64,000 nt of DNA, taken from positions 197,147 through 261,146 of the forward strand of contig CABMGN010000008.1 in the NCBI GenBank assembly GCA_902385635.1, given 5' to 3'. This DNA comes from an uncultured archaeon (lineage in GTDB: Archaea; Nanobdellota; Nanobdellia; Pacearchaeales; GW2011-AR1). The position numbers and the translations under genes were made by a program. This document shows positions 8,718 to 16,636 of this stretch, piece after piece (positions within the stretch are counted from its first letter, which is position 1; the number at the start of each line of letters is the position of its first letter). Under the pieces are notes generated by a model. The model was not told the DNA's origin. It searched no databases and was given only the letters and a program-made list of their open reading frames with translations.

Positions 8718-9146
8718 CTAAATCAACTGTTTTATTCTGTTTATTATCTGTTCTTTTACCTCGGGGTCTAGGCTCTCGTCCAGTTCGGGATAGAAATATT
8801 TATCTTCAAATGCAGCATGTTTTAGAATAAGAGTTCTCAAAGAGGAGATATCTACATTTACCCCAGTATTAATTCCCTCTTCTATGTTTTTAACAAGCTC
8901 AGTAATCTCTCCATGCTCCTTCATTAATTCGAAAACATTTACTACTTCTTCGCCAACTAGCTTGTCTCCCATAATAAAGATGGCTTTTTCTTCTAAGAAG
9001 AAATGTTTTTGTAACGCCCAAACAAACTCACTAAATCTTATTTTAGCCTCATCAAAATCTTTAGGTAGTTCTTTTCCAAAATCACTAAGCAAATTGTCAA
9101 TTTTTCTATGCTCCTTAAGCATTAGGGTAGATATCTTTTCGGCCAT
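8718..9146 (-). CDS. Hemerythrin-like domain protein
   Basis: EH, HFFLEEK.IF, EHGEI, HAAFED..FYP metal-ligand pattern. Confidence 0.85.
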   Translation of the reverse strand: MAEKISTLMLKEHRKIDNLLSDFGKELPKDFDEAKIRFSEFVWALQKHFFLEEKAIFIMGDKLVGEEVVNVFELMKEHGEITELVKNIEEGINTGVNVDISSLRTLILKHAAFEDKYFYPELDESLDPEVKEQIINRIKQLI

Positions 9147-9179
9147 TAACTTTTTAATCTTCTACCCTTTTTATGTATT

Positions 9180-9329
9180 ATGAGAAACTGGAGAGTTGTA
9201 ATTTTTTCAATTATTGCTATTATTTGTATGATTTTAGTCTTTACTATAGACTGGCTTTTTATTATTCCAGCAGTTATACTAGTTATCTTAAGCCAGCGGG
9301 AATTAACAAAAAGAAAAAATGGTAAGTAA
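9180..9329 (+). CDS. Small membrane protein (49 aa; below the ORF-track cutoff)
   Basis: MRNWRVVIFSIIAIICMILVFTIDWLFIIPAVILVILSQRELTKRKNGK*; TATA-like TTTTTAAT upstream; stop overlaps the next gene. Confidence 0.65.
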   Translation: MRNWRVVIFSIIAIICMILVFTIDWLFIIPAVILVILSQRELTKRKNGK

Positions 9330-9783
9330 AGTTCCTTTTACTTTTCGTGAATTTAGAAAAGAGGACATCCCCGAAACAAAGAAAATTATTAGATCTACCC
9401 TGGGTTTGGTAGATTCTTTTAAAGCTAAAAAAGAATTTTATCTTGGTCTAAGAAAAGATCCGAAGTTTTCTATCTGTAAAAGATTTGTTATACTCCTTCA
9501 TGGAAAGATTATTGGTCTTTTTGGAGTATACCTTTTTAGTGTTCACCCAAAGAATTACCTCGGGGTTGATTGGTTTGCAATAAAAAAAGAATATCAGCGA
9601 AAGGGGATAGGATCTAGCCTTGTTAAAGAAATGTCAAAAATCTCCCGTAAACTCCACAAAAGGAATTTATTTGTTTGGGCAGATAAACACGCGGTAGGAT
9701 TCTACATAAAAACTGGCTTTAAACTGTCTAATAAAAAAATTCTCCCAAAAGAAGGGGATTATTTTATGATCAAAAAATTATAA
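9319..9783 (+). CDS. GNAT family N-acetyltransferase
   Basis: FAIKKEYQRKGIGSSLV motif A; AVGFYIKTGF. Confidence 0.85.
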   Translation: MVSKVPFTFREFRKEDIPETKKIIRSTLGLVDSFKAKKEFYLGLRKDPKFSICKRFVILLHGKIIGLFGVYLFSVHPKNYLGVDWFAIKKEYQRKGIGSSLVKEMSKISRKLHKRNLFVWADKHAVGFYIKTGFKLSNKKILPKEGDYFMIKKL

Positions 9784-9824
9784 AATAAAAAAATAAACTG
9801 TTTAGATTCTAAATCTTAGAATCT
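9784..9824 (-). terminator. Hairpin overlapping the stop codon followed by a T-rich tract
   Basis: Perfect inverted repeat AGATTCTAA-(3 nt)-TTAGAATCT at 9804-9824, then TTTATTTTTTTATTTT on the minus strand. Confidence 0.55.
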
Positions 9825-10151
9825 TCTTCTGCTATCTCTGTCTCTATTTCCGCCGCCGAAGCTTCTTCTAGGCTGAAATTCTCTCTTAGGTTTGCTCTCA
9901 GGATCAAACGGAGTAGCTTCACTAACTTTCAAAGCTCTTCCTTCGAATTCTTTACCATCCATCTCTGCAATTGCTTTATCAGCATCTGCATCGTTAGAGA
10001 AGGTTACGAAACCGAAACCCTTAGATCTACCAGAAAACTTGTCAGATATAACACTAGCCTCATCTACACTTCCGAATGCTGAGAAAATTTCCTTAAGTTT
10101 CTCAAATCCGAAAGAAAAAGGCAGGTTTCCTACATAAACTTTCTTACTCAT
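9816..10151 (-). CDS. RRM (RNP-1) RNA-binding protein with Arg/Gly-rich tail
   Basis: RNP2 VYVGNL and RNP1 KGFGFVTF; GGAGG upstream of the ATG. Confidence 0.95.
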   Translation of the reverse strand: MSKKVYVGNLPFSFGFEKLKEIFSAFGSVDEASVISDKFSGRSKGFGFVTFSNDADADKAIAEMDGKEFEGRALKVSEATPFDPESKPKREFQPRRSFGGGNRDRDSRRRF

Positions 10152-10273
10152 TCTTCCTCCAAATCATTTTACTTGTCTTGTTAGAAACTCAATTCTAACT
10201 ACTTTCTTTAAGAAAATCTCCTTATAAACTTATCTAAAGCAAAATATATAACCCTCTAGAGTTTATTTTATTC

Positions 10274-10810
10274 ATGCAAAAAGAAGTGTGTTATAAATGT
10301 GGCATCTCAGATGCAAATAACGAGAAATTTGGAGTTAAACTTTGTTCCTTCTGCTATGCTTTTGCTCCCGAAAAAATCAAGGAATTCCAGAGTTATAAAG
10401 AAGAAAAGGTAGATTTTCACTTAATCGACACCTACCGAAAGAATTTTTCTCCAAACGGAGAGAGACAAAAAAGAGGAATGTCCGAAAAAGCATCTCTGGG
10501 AAAAGTAATGTCTCGAGCCCCCTTGGGTTATAAACTTGTAGGCGGTACGTTAGTATTAGACAAAGAAAAGTCCCTAGAAGTAAGAGAGATTTTTGATGAA
10601 TTCCTTTCAGAGGAAAAACCAAAATTAAATCATATAGCAGAAAAGCATAACCTCTCAATAAATGGTCTGAAGAAAGTATTGAAGAATTTCTCCTACCTTG
10701 GCAAAGTAAAGTTCAATAATCAAATTCATCAGGGGGAGCATTCACCAATAGTCTCTTCAACAATATTTAATCATACTCAAGATAAGTTAAGAAATTTAGG
10801 AATAAAGTGA
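10274..10810 (+). CDS. Zn-finger plus recombinase-domain protein lacking the serine catalytic domain
   Basis: N-terminal CYKC...CSFC; the C-terminal ~115 aa align by eye with the C-terminus of 1009-1782 (RAP.GYKLV, YLGKVKF, G.H..I). Confidence 0.8.
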   Translation: MQKEVCYKCGISDANNEKFGVKLCSFCYAFAPEKIKEFQSYKEEKVDFHLIDTYRKNFSPNGERQKRGMSEKASLGKVMSRAPLGYKLVGGTLVLDKEKSLEVREIFDEFLSEEKPKLNHIAEKHNLSINGLKKVLKNFSYLGKVKFNNQIHQGEHSPIVSSTIFNHTQDKLRNLGIK

Positions 10811-10861
10811 TTATTACTCTTTTACAATAATTATTATAAACACTCTTGGTTAATAGTATTT

Positions 10862-11557
10862 ATGCCAATATTAGAAGAGGACATTGTTACTAAAGGATTG
10901 CCCTGGCCCATGGTTTTCTTGTCAAGAAATGAAGCTATCACTTTAGATACACCAGAACCCCCTTGTCCCCCAGATCGGGTTAGTTTCAGGGGAGATTTGG
11001 GCGTTGGGCCCGCGGGGTCTACTGAAGTTTTAGATTTTTTGGGTCTTGACATTGTAAATGTACAGACTCCGAATTATCATCTAATTGCCTCTGCTTCTAA
11101 ATACCTCGTTTCTATGATTCCTTGGAACGGAAAGGATCACTGGTTTTCTAAAGAAGAAAGAGATTCAAGAACCCCCGAACAAAGGGTGTTATTTGACGGG
11201 GGCATCGCTATTTACCGAGTTGGAAGTATCCCTTCAAGCCAAGGAATAAAACCTAATAAGGAAGTAAGGGGTTCCTATCATGAAAGAAATGGAAGAATTT
11301 GGTTATCTAGAAAAGATTTAATTGAGAATCCAGACTTATCTTTGGTTCTTTTTGCAAACTCTACTGCCGATGATGAAAAAGAAAGAAGAGTAGAGATGAT
11401 TCTACGGGCTTATGAGCACCAAGATATGCTACGCAGTGACGCAAGACATAGAGCGATTTATGGGGAGTATGCTCGAGGGAGAAAAGATCAAATTGAATCA
11501 GATTTTGGAACCTTTGGCCATCATCATCCAGGTTTTCCCGATTGTTTATCTGAATGA
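10862..11557 (+). CDS. Hypothetical protein (no family recognised)
   Basis: 231-aa ORF with TATA box ending 21 nt before the ATG; 3' end overlaps rps9 convergently. Confidence 0.6.
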   Translation: MPILEEDIVTKGLPWPMVFLSRNEAITLDTPEPPCPPDRVSFRGDLGVGPAGSTEVLDFLGLDIVNVQTPNYHLIASASKYLVSMIPWNGKDHWFSKEERDSRTPEQRVLFDGGIAIYRVGSIPSSQGIKPNKEVRGSYHERNGRIWLSRKDLIENPDLSLVLFANSTADDEKERRVEMILRAYEHQDMLRSDARHRAIYGEYARGRKDQIESDFGTFGHHHPGFPDCLSE

Positions 11558-11947
11558 CTTCTGTCTCTTAGATCTAGCCTTACTATCTCCAGGTTTGTAA
11601 GCTTCTTTTCTTCTTACATCTGCAACAATCATATTTCTATCGTAATCCACATAAGCATCTTTTAGCTTCTCTGAGCCTGAGAAATCAATAATTCCCTTTG
11701 CAAGAGCGAGTCTAGCTGCTTCTATCTGCCCTTTGCTTCCTCCACCCCTTGTTGTTATTTGAGCATCAAAATTTATCTTTCCTAAAACATGTTCTGCTAT
11801 CTTCATTGGCTCTTGAAGTTTCAGTCTATCAAATAGAGAGAAAGAGTCGTATCCTTTTTTGTTTAAAGTTATTTTTCCAGAACCATCGATAAGAACAGCT
11901 CTTGCTACAGCCCTCTTTCTTTTTCCTGACGAGATCACTTTTTTCAT
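11546..11947 (-). CDS. rps9: 30S ribosomal protein uS9
   Basis: SGKRKRAVAR, GGG..GQ, D.RRKE..KPG...AR..RQKS.R. Confidence 0.97.
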   Translation of the reverse strand: MKKVISSGKRKRAVARAVLIDGSGKITLNKKGYDSFSLFDRLKLQEPMKIAEHVLGKINFDAQITTRGGGSKGQIEAARLALAKGIIDFSGSEKLKDAYVDYDRNMIVADVRRKEAYKPGDSKARSKRQKSFR

Positions 11948-12336
11948 TTTGTCAGTTCACTTAAAGTCATATATTTAATTTTACTTTCCTTGAATATCTC
12001 AAGAGCTTTTTCACTCTTATACTTCTCAGGAATGCCTTTGTAACAGAGTATTCTTTTAAACGCTTCTCTTCCTCTGCCTGTTCGGTGATCTGGCAACATT
12101 CCTCTTATAATTCTTTTAAAGTATTTCTCAACAGAAAGAGAAACTTTTGGGCCAACTTGTAATGTTCCAACTTTATTTCTTTTATTAAGAACTTCCTGCT
12201 TAAGGTCCTTCTTGTTTCCTGAAATTATTGCCTTCTCGCAGTTGATTATAACAACCTCTTCTCCTTTCAGAGCTTCTTTAGCTGCGAAGCTAGCAATTCT
12301 TCCAACAACCGAATCTTCTGCATTTATTAATTTCAT
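11944..12336 (-). CDS. rpl13: 50S ribosomal protein uL13
   Basis: VGRIAS..AK, IINCEKAIISG, IRGMLP...GRGREAFKR. Confidence 0.96.
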   Translation of the reverse strand: MKLINAEDSVVGRIASFAAKEALKGEEVVIINCEKAIISGNKKDLKQEVLNKRNKVGTLQVGPKVSLSVEKYFKRIIRGMLPDHRTGRGREAFKRILCYKGIPEKYKSEKALEIFKESKIKYMTLSELTK

Positions 12337-12337
12337 T

Positions 12338-12703
12338 TTATCCTAAAATTTTAATTCCCTTTCCAGAGGGATTTTTTTTAATTTCTTCTAGTATTGAAAC
12401 AGCTTCGCCTTTAGCATTTAATATCTTTTCTCTGGCCCCTTCCGAAAAGCTAAGAGCCACAACTTTTAATTTTTTATCTAAACTTCCCTGAGAAAGAACC
12501 TTTCCTGGAATAACAACAATTTCAGAATTTTCTTTAGTTAACTCTCCAACATTAACTGAAGGTTGTTTCTTTGTTGGTGTAGACAAAACTTCTGCAACTT
12601 TATACCAGGGTTTATTTTTCTTAGCTAGAATTATTGTTTCAACTAGAACTGGATTTGTCTTTCTCTTCAACTGCTTCTCAATTTTAGTTTTAGTCTTTGT
12701 CAT
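12338..12703 (-). CDS. rpl18e: 50S ribosomal protein eL18
   Basis: KTNP.L, VVIPGKVLSQG, FSEGAREKI. Confidence 0.96.
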   Translation of the reverse strand: MTKTKTKIEKQLKRKTNPVLVETIILAKKNKPWYKVAEVLSTPTKKQPSVNVGELTKENSEIVVIPGKVLSQGSLDKKLKVVALSFSEGAREKILNAKGEAVSILEEIKKNPSGKGIKILG

Positions 12704-12713
12704 TTTATATTAG

Positions 12714-12774
12714 GCAAGCTTAGTAGAATTCACTTTCCGTCCGGAAAGAAAAACCCACTATCGCGTTAGCTTGC
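12714..12774 (-). ncRNA. Candidate structured RNA or 5' leader hairpin upstream of rpl18e
   Basis: GCAAGCU/AGCUUGC 7-bp stem, 7-nt bulge, 18-position inner stem with G-U pairs and a GGAC loop; TTTATAAA box at 12800-12807. Confidence 0.55.
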
Positions 12775-12817
12775 AGGTATTTTTTCGATGATTATTTGGT
12801 TTATAAATCATTCGCTA

Positions 12818-12901
12818 TGCGGGAAAGAGGATTCGAACCCCTGCAAGCACTAAGCTAACAGCTCCTAAGGCTGCCCCGTTTGACCACTCCGGCATTCCCG
12901 C
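12818..12901 (-). tRNA. tRNA-Leu(TAG)
   Basis: Cloverleaf with GCGGGAA/TTCCCGC acceptor, GCAGC-CT-TAG-GA-GCTGT anticodon arm, long variable arm, GTTCGAATC; no intron, no CCA. Confidence 0.96.
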
Positions 12902-12940
12902 AGACAGAAGTAATTATTATAACGGGTTTTTAAAACCTGC

Positions 12941-13666
12941 TTATTCTTTAGAAATCTTTTTTTCAAGCTGTTCCAAATCTTTACCTAACTCTTCAACAGC
13001 TTTTTTGAAAATATCATCTACATCCATTTGTCCAAAACCTTCCAAAGTTATTATTAATTCGGGATTATATTTTATCTCAATTTCAGCACCATTTTTCTGA
13101 GCAATTCCTTCACAGAAGTCAATCATATCTGCTTTTTGATTATCTTGGATAATTATCTTATTCCCTTTTTCTTTTATTTCTGCTTTTGGAAAAACTCCTT
13201 TAATTTCATTAGCAAATTCTTTATCTAGAGTGATTTCAGCAGTATTTCTATAGAACATTAAACCCGGATTAAACTTCGCGTGCTGTATGCCTCGGCCAAC
13301 TTTTGCTGTTGCAACAATCTCAAATTCTTGCCCCTTATTTAAGAAAGTTATAGGGATTCCTTCATAAACAACCTTCAGGTCTCCTTTTAATTCTCCAGCC
13401 TTGATGAATCCTTCTTTTTCAGTAGAAAGTTTTAAGGTGAATTCTTTATCTTCTTTTACTGATCCAGAAGGCATTTTTAGTGGAATTAGCCCAATTCTCT
13501 GAGCAACAGTCTCGTCATATAACGGAGAATCATTCTTAGAGATTTCTACAGCATCTATTGCAAGGAGCGGAATCTTAGATATGTACCTTCTTATTGCATT
13601 AGCAAGAGACTCATCAACTTCTGAACTAAAAACTAGTTGGTTATCCTTTGCGTAAATTTTCTTCAT
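12941..13666 (-). CDS. rpoD: DNA-directed RNA polymerase subunit D (Rpo3)
   Basis: LANAIRR, NDSPLYDETVAQRIGLIPL, GRGIQHAKF; follows rps11. Confidence 0.96.
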   Translation of the reverse strand: MKKIYAKDNQLVFSSEVDESLANAIRRYISKIPLLAIDAVEISKNDSPLYDETVAQRIGLIPLKMPSGSVKEDKEFTLKLSTEKEGFIKAGELKGDLKVVYEGIPITFLNKGQEFEIVATAKVGRGIQHAKFNPGLMFYRNTAEITLDKEFANEIKGVFPKAEIKEKGNKIIIQDNQKADMIDFCEGIAQKNGAEIEIKYNPELIITLEGFGQMDVDDIFKKAVEELGKDLEQLEKKISKE

Positions 13667-13697
13667 TTTATTCTATTTTATACTTAAAAATTTATAT

Positions 13698-14144
13698 TTA
13701 AACTCTTCTACCCCTTCTTCCACCCTTCTTCTTAGGCCCACCCCTAGCAAATCTTGTTGTATCTAAGATGTTAATTATCCTAAACCCATCTTTTGTAAGA
13801 CTTTTCATAATTGAGTGCACTCCTGGTCCTGGAGAAGGATTTCCTGTAGCTGCTCTAACTCTTAAGTAAATGTTCTTAACCCCAAGTTCTCTTAAAGGTT
13901 CAGAAATTCTTTTTGCAATAAACATAGCAACTGTTGGGTTTGCTTTAAGTCTGTCATACTTGGTGACCATCCCACCAGTTACTTTCACAATAGTTTTACC
14001 TGACATGTCGGTCACGTGTGCTATAGTGTTATTAAATGATGAATAAATATTCAGAGTAACTTCGATTTCCTTTTCCTTCTTCTCTTTTTTCTTTTCAGAA
14101 TCTTCTACCTCTGCTTCAATTTGTACTGCTTCTTCTTCAGGCAT
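13698..14144 (-). CDS. rps11: 30S ribosomal protein uS11
   Basis: SSFNNTIAHVTD, TGGMV, PGPG, GGRRGRRV. Confidence 0.96.
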   Translation of the reverse strand: MPEEEAVQIEAEVEDSEKKKEKKEKEIEVTLNIYSSFNNTIAHVTDMSGKTIVKVTGGMVTKYDRLKANPTVAMFIAKRISEPLRELGVKNIYLRVRAATGNPSPGPGVHSIMKSLTKDGFRIINILDTTRFARGGPKKKGGRRGRRV

Positions 14145-14637
14145 TTTCTTCTCCTACTGTTTTTTCTTCCTTTACTTTTTTAACTTTTGCCTTTTTTGGT
14201 TTTAGTTCAATTTTCTCTTCTAATGAAACAGGTACAACAAAAGAAGGGATACTTACAGCATGTCCGTTTACAATAACTTTTTTATGAACAATTAACTGTC
14301 TTGCTTCTTTAGCTGTTTTTGCAAGTCTTTTTTTGACTAAAACTGTTTGAAGTCTTCTTTTCAAGTAGTCTTCTCTAGTTAAAGAAAGAATATCAGAAAC
14401 AGAGTTAACATTTAATCCAATTTTTTTAAGCTGATCAAATAACGCTTTTTGTTTTTCGGGTGAAGCTGAAATAATATTCTTTGCTTTCTCTCTCATCTCT
14501 TTAATTCTTGCTTCTGCTTTCCAGATTTCTCTTTTATTCTTTAACCCAAATTCTTCTTTTACTTTGTTTTCTTCTTCAATTCTTTGTTTCTCAAAAGGTC
14601 TTTTTGGTCTTGAATATGTCTTATGTTTTCTCTTCAT
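14137..14637 (-). CDS. rps4: 30S ribosomal protein uS4
   Basis: GLKNKREIW, RRLQTVL, ARQLIVH S4 domain. Confidence 0.96.
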   Translation of the reverse strand: MKRKHKTYSRPKRPFEKQRIEEENKVKEEFGLKNKREIWKAEARIKEMREKAKNIISASPEKQKALFDQLKKIGLNVNSVSDILSLTREDYLKRRLQTVLVKKRLAKTAKEARQLIVHKKVIVNGHAVSIPSFVVPVSLEEKIELKPKKAKVKKVKEEKTVGEENA

Positions 14638-14639
14638 TT

Positions 14640-15170
14640 TTAGATTTCCTTTTCTTTAGATGCTTTTTTCTTTTTAATTCCGACTCCCTTAGATTTATTC
14701 CTTCTAAAGTGAGATCTTGTTTTTTGTCCTCTTGAAGGTTGTTGATTTAAGTGTCTGTATCCTCTATAAGATTTTATTTTCTTTAATCTTTTAATGTCAA
14801 ATTCTGTTTGAAGTTCAAGATCATTACCAATCAAGTGTCTGTTTTCTCCAGATTCCATATCATTTGGTCTATTAATCAAATATTTAGGAACAGAGGGTTT
14901 CTTAGCAAATTCACTTATCTTTTCGATTTCTTGCTGGGAAAGTTCAATTATTTTTTTATTTTTAGGAATTTTAAGAATTTTACAAATTGCATTAGACATA
15001 CTCCAAGAAATTCCTTTGATCCTAGTCAAGCCAACATAAACTTTCATATTTCCGGGAATATCTTTTGCTAAAATTCTGATTAGTCTCTCTTCATCTACCT
15101 TTTTCTCATTAGGATTATACGGTTTTTTCGCCGGTTTTTCTTGTTTTGTTTTTTCTTCTTTTTCAGCCAT
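14640..15170 (-). CDS. rps13: 30S ribosomal protein uS13
   Basis: LTRIKGI, SYRGYRH....P.RGQKTRSHFR. Confidence 0.96.
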   Translation of the reverse strand: MAEKEEKTKQEKPAKKPYNPNEKKVDEERLIRILAKDIPGNMKVYVGLTRIKGISWSMSNAICKILKIPKNKKIIELSQQEIEKISEFAKKPSVPKYLINRPNDMESGENRHLIGNDLELQTEFDIKRLKKIKSYRGYRHLNQQPSRGQKTRSHFRRNKSKGVGIKKKKASKEKEI

Positions 15171-15171
15171 T

Positions 15172-15708
15172 TTATCTTGTGAAAAGGTTGTATCTTTCCA
15201 TTGTTGTTAATTCTTGCATTATCCTTTTTTCTATCGCTTTTTCAGGATAGGGAATTCCGGGGATTCTTTTCTTTATATCCTCGAAACTTTCAAAGGGTTT
15301 TTCTTCCCTTTGTTTGAGTATTTCTTGCATGTGTTTCTTTCCAAGCCCGGGAAGAAGTTCGATTTGATGAACTCTCTTGTTTATTGCTTCTGACTTGTTG
15401 AAAAACTCAATAAACTCTTTCTCGCGTTCTTTAACTACTTTACTAATTACTTCCTCAAGTTGCCTTTTTGCTTCTTCAGTAAGTTTTTCTCTTTGAAGTC
15501 TACCTAGAATGTAGTATATTTTGTCTCGTTTACCTTCCCCAATATATACTTTTTCTCCAGACTCTAAACTAATTCCTCTCCTAGGCACTAATTCTAGAAG
15601 AGTAAGATTTTTCTCCCCAAGAGCCTGGACTACAGGCATCATTTTTTTCTCGAGAGGATATCCATTCGGTAAAAATTCTAGCACTATTGCATATTCTTCT
15701 TTTTGCAT
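15172..15708 (-). CDS. DUF655 family putative nucleic-acid-binding protein
   Basis: EEYAIVLEFLP.G, TLLEL, YIGEGKR, HQIELLPGLGKK, PFESFED; usual position next to rpoF. Confidence 0.92.
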   Translation of the reverse strand: MQKEEYAIVLEFLPNGYPLEKKMMPVVQALGEKNLTLLELVPRRGISLESGEKVYIGEGKRDKIYYILGRLQREKLTEEAKRQLEEVISKVVKEREKEFIEFFNKSEAINKRVHQIELLPGLGKKHMQEILKQREEKPFESFEDIKKRIPGIPYPEKAIEKRIMQELTTMERYNLFTR

Positions 15709-15713
15709 TTTTC

Positions 15714-16019
15714 TTATTTGTATTGTTTAACTGTTTCAAGTATTTTATTTGATTCATTTTCCTCTAAACTTGCTCCCTGGAAAACCTTATTTAATTCTTG
15801 TACACTATCAGGTAGGACATCTATAATTTTTACAACATACTCTTCTTTCATCTTAGCCATATTTAACTCTTCAAGTTTTTTTCTTAGTTCTTTAGCTTCC
15901 TTAGCAGTCAACTTTGTGAACTTCTTTATGAATAAGCTCATTTCTTTTCCATGATCGCTTTTTAAGTCAAGGAACTCTTGAACTTCGGCCATACTTAGAT
16001 ACTGTCTATTTTTTATCAT
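15714..16019 (-). CDS. rpoF: RNA polymerase subunit F (Rpo4)
   Basis: KF.KL..KEA...KIIDVLP....EL; between rpl21e and DUF655. Confidence 0.88.
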   Translation of the reverse strand: MIKNRQYLSMAEVQEFLDLKSDHGKEMSLFIKKFTKLTAKEAKELRKKLEELNMAKMKEEYVVKIIDVLPDSVQELNKVFQGASLEENESNKILETVKQYK

Positions 16020-16020
16020 T

Positions 16021-16293
16021 TTATTTCTTAAGCGGAGAAGTATTTATTTTTTTTAGATGTACTGGAGAGATAATATACTCTTTAGGTTTTGTACAATCAT
16101 TTATAGTAACCAAGTAAGACCTTCCTTTCTTGTTCCCAACTTTTCCGGTTCTTCCTTGAAGTTTTTCTGGGAATCCAAAATTAGTTGCTCTGTCAATATC
16201 TACTGCTACAAAGTCATTTTTTTTTAGCTCTTGAAAAGCTCTGCTAAGTCTTACTTTTCCTTTTTGTCTAAGGGGTTTCTTCTTATTAACCAT
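16021..16293 (-). CDS. rpl21e: 50S ribosomal protein eL21
   Basis: QGRTGKV...KGRSY.V, K..IISPVHLK. Confidence 0.92.
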   Translation of the reverse strand: MVNKKKPLRQKGKVRLSRAFQELKKNDFVAVDIDRATNFGFPEKLQGRTGKVGNKKGRSYLVTINDCTKPKEYIISPVHLKKINTSPLKK

Positions 16294-16372
16294 GAATAGA
16301 ACAGAAATATACTATTTAAAAACCTATCGCACTCTTTTAGAGAATAATTCTTATTTTACCGTCGAATTTATC

Positions 16373-16558
16373 TTACTTCCTACCAAAAGGTTGAGTATTT
16401 GTGGAACATAAATCTCCTCTGCTCTCTGCGTCATTCATTCCGTCTAAAATGGTTCTGAACATCTTAGGGCCCCAGATTCCAACGCCGCATCTATCACATA
16501 CATCTACAGCTCTGCTATCCACAATATCGCTCTTACAGTAAACACACTTTTTTGCCAT
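16373..16558 (-). CDS. Small Zn-ribbon hypothetical protein
   Basis: CVYC...CDRC followed by GIWGPKMF; likely start ATG16558. Confidence 0.7.
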   Translation of the reverse strand: MAKKCVYCKSDIVDSRAVDVCDRCGVGIWGPKMFRTILDGMNDAESRGDLCSTNTQPFGRK

Positions 16559-16636
16559 TGAATTCACACCAGTTTTAATTGTTGTGTTCCAAAAATCCTC
16601 GAAGTTTATAAGGATTTCTGTGAAATTCTAGAATGA

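Noticed and set aside
1009-10810. A bounded mobile element between the two recombinase genes
   Set aside because: No terminal direct or inverted repeats, target duplication, or replication/phage genes were visible.
12714-12774. Hairpin as SRP RNA (plus strand contains TCCGGAAAG)
   Set aside because: It lacks the CAGG...GNRA...AGCAG helix-8 internal loop and is far shorter than archaeal 7S RNA.
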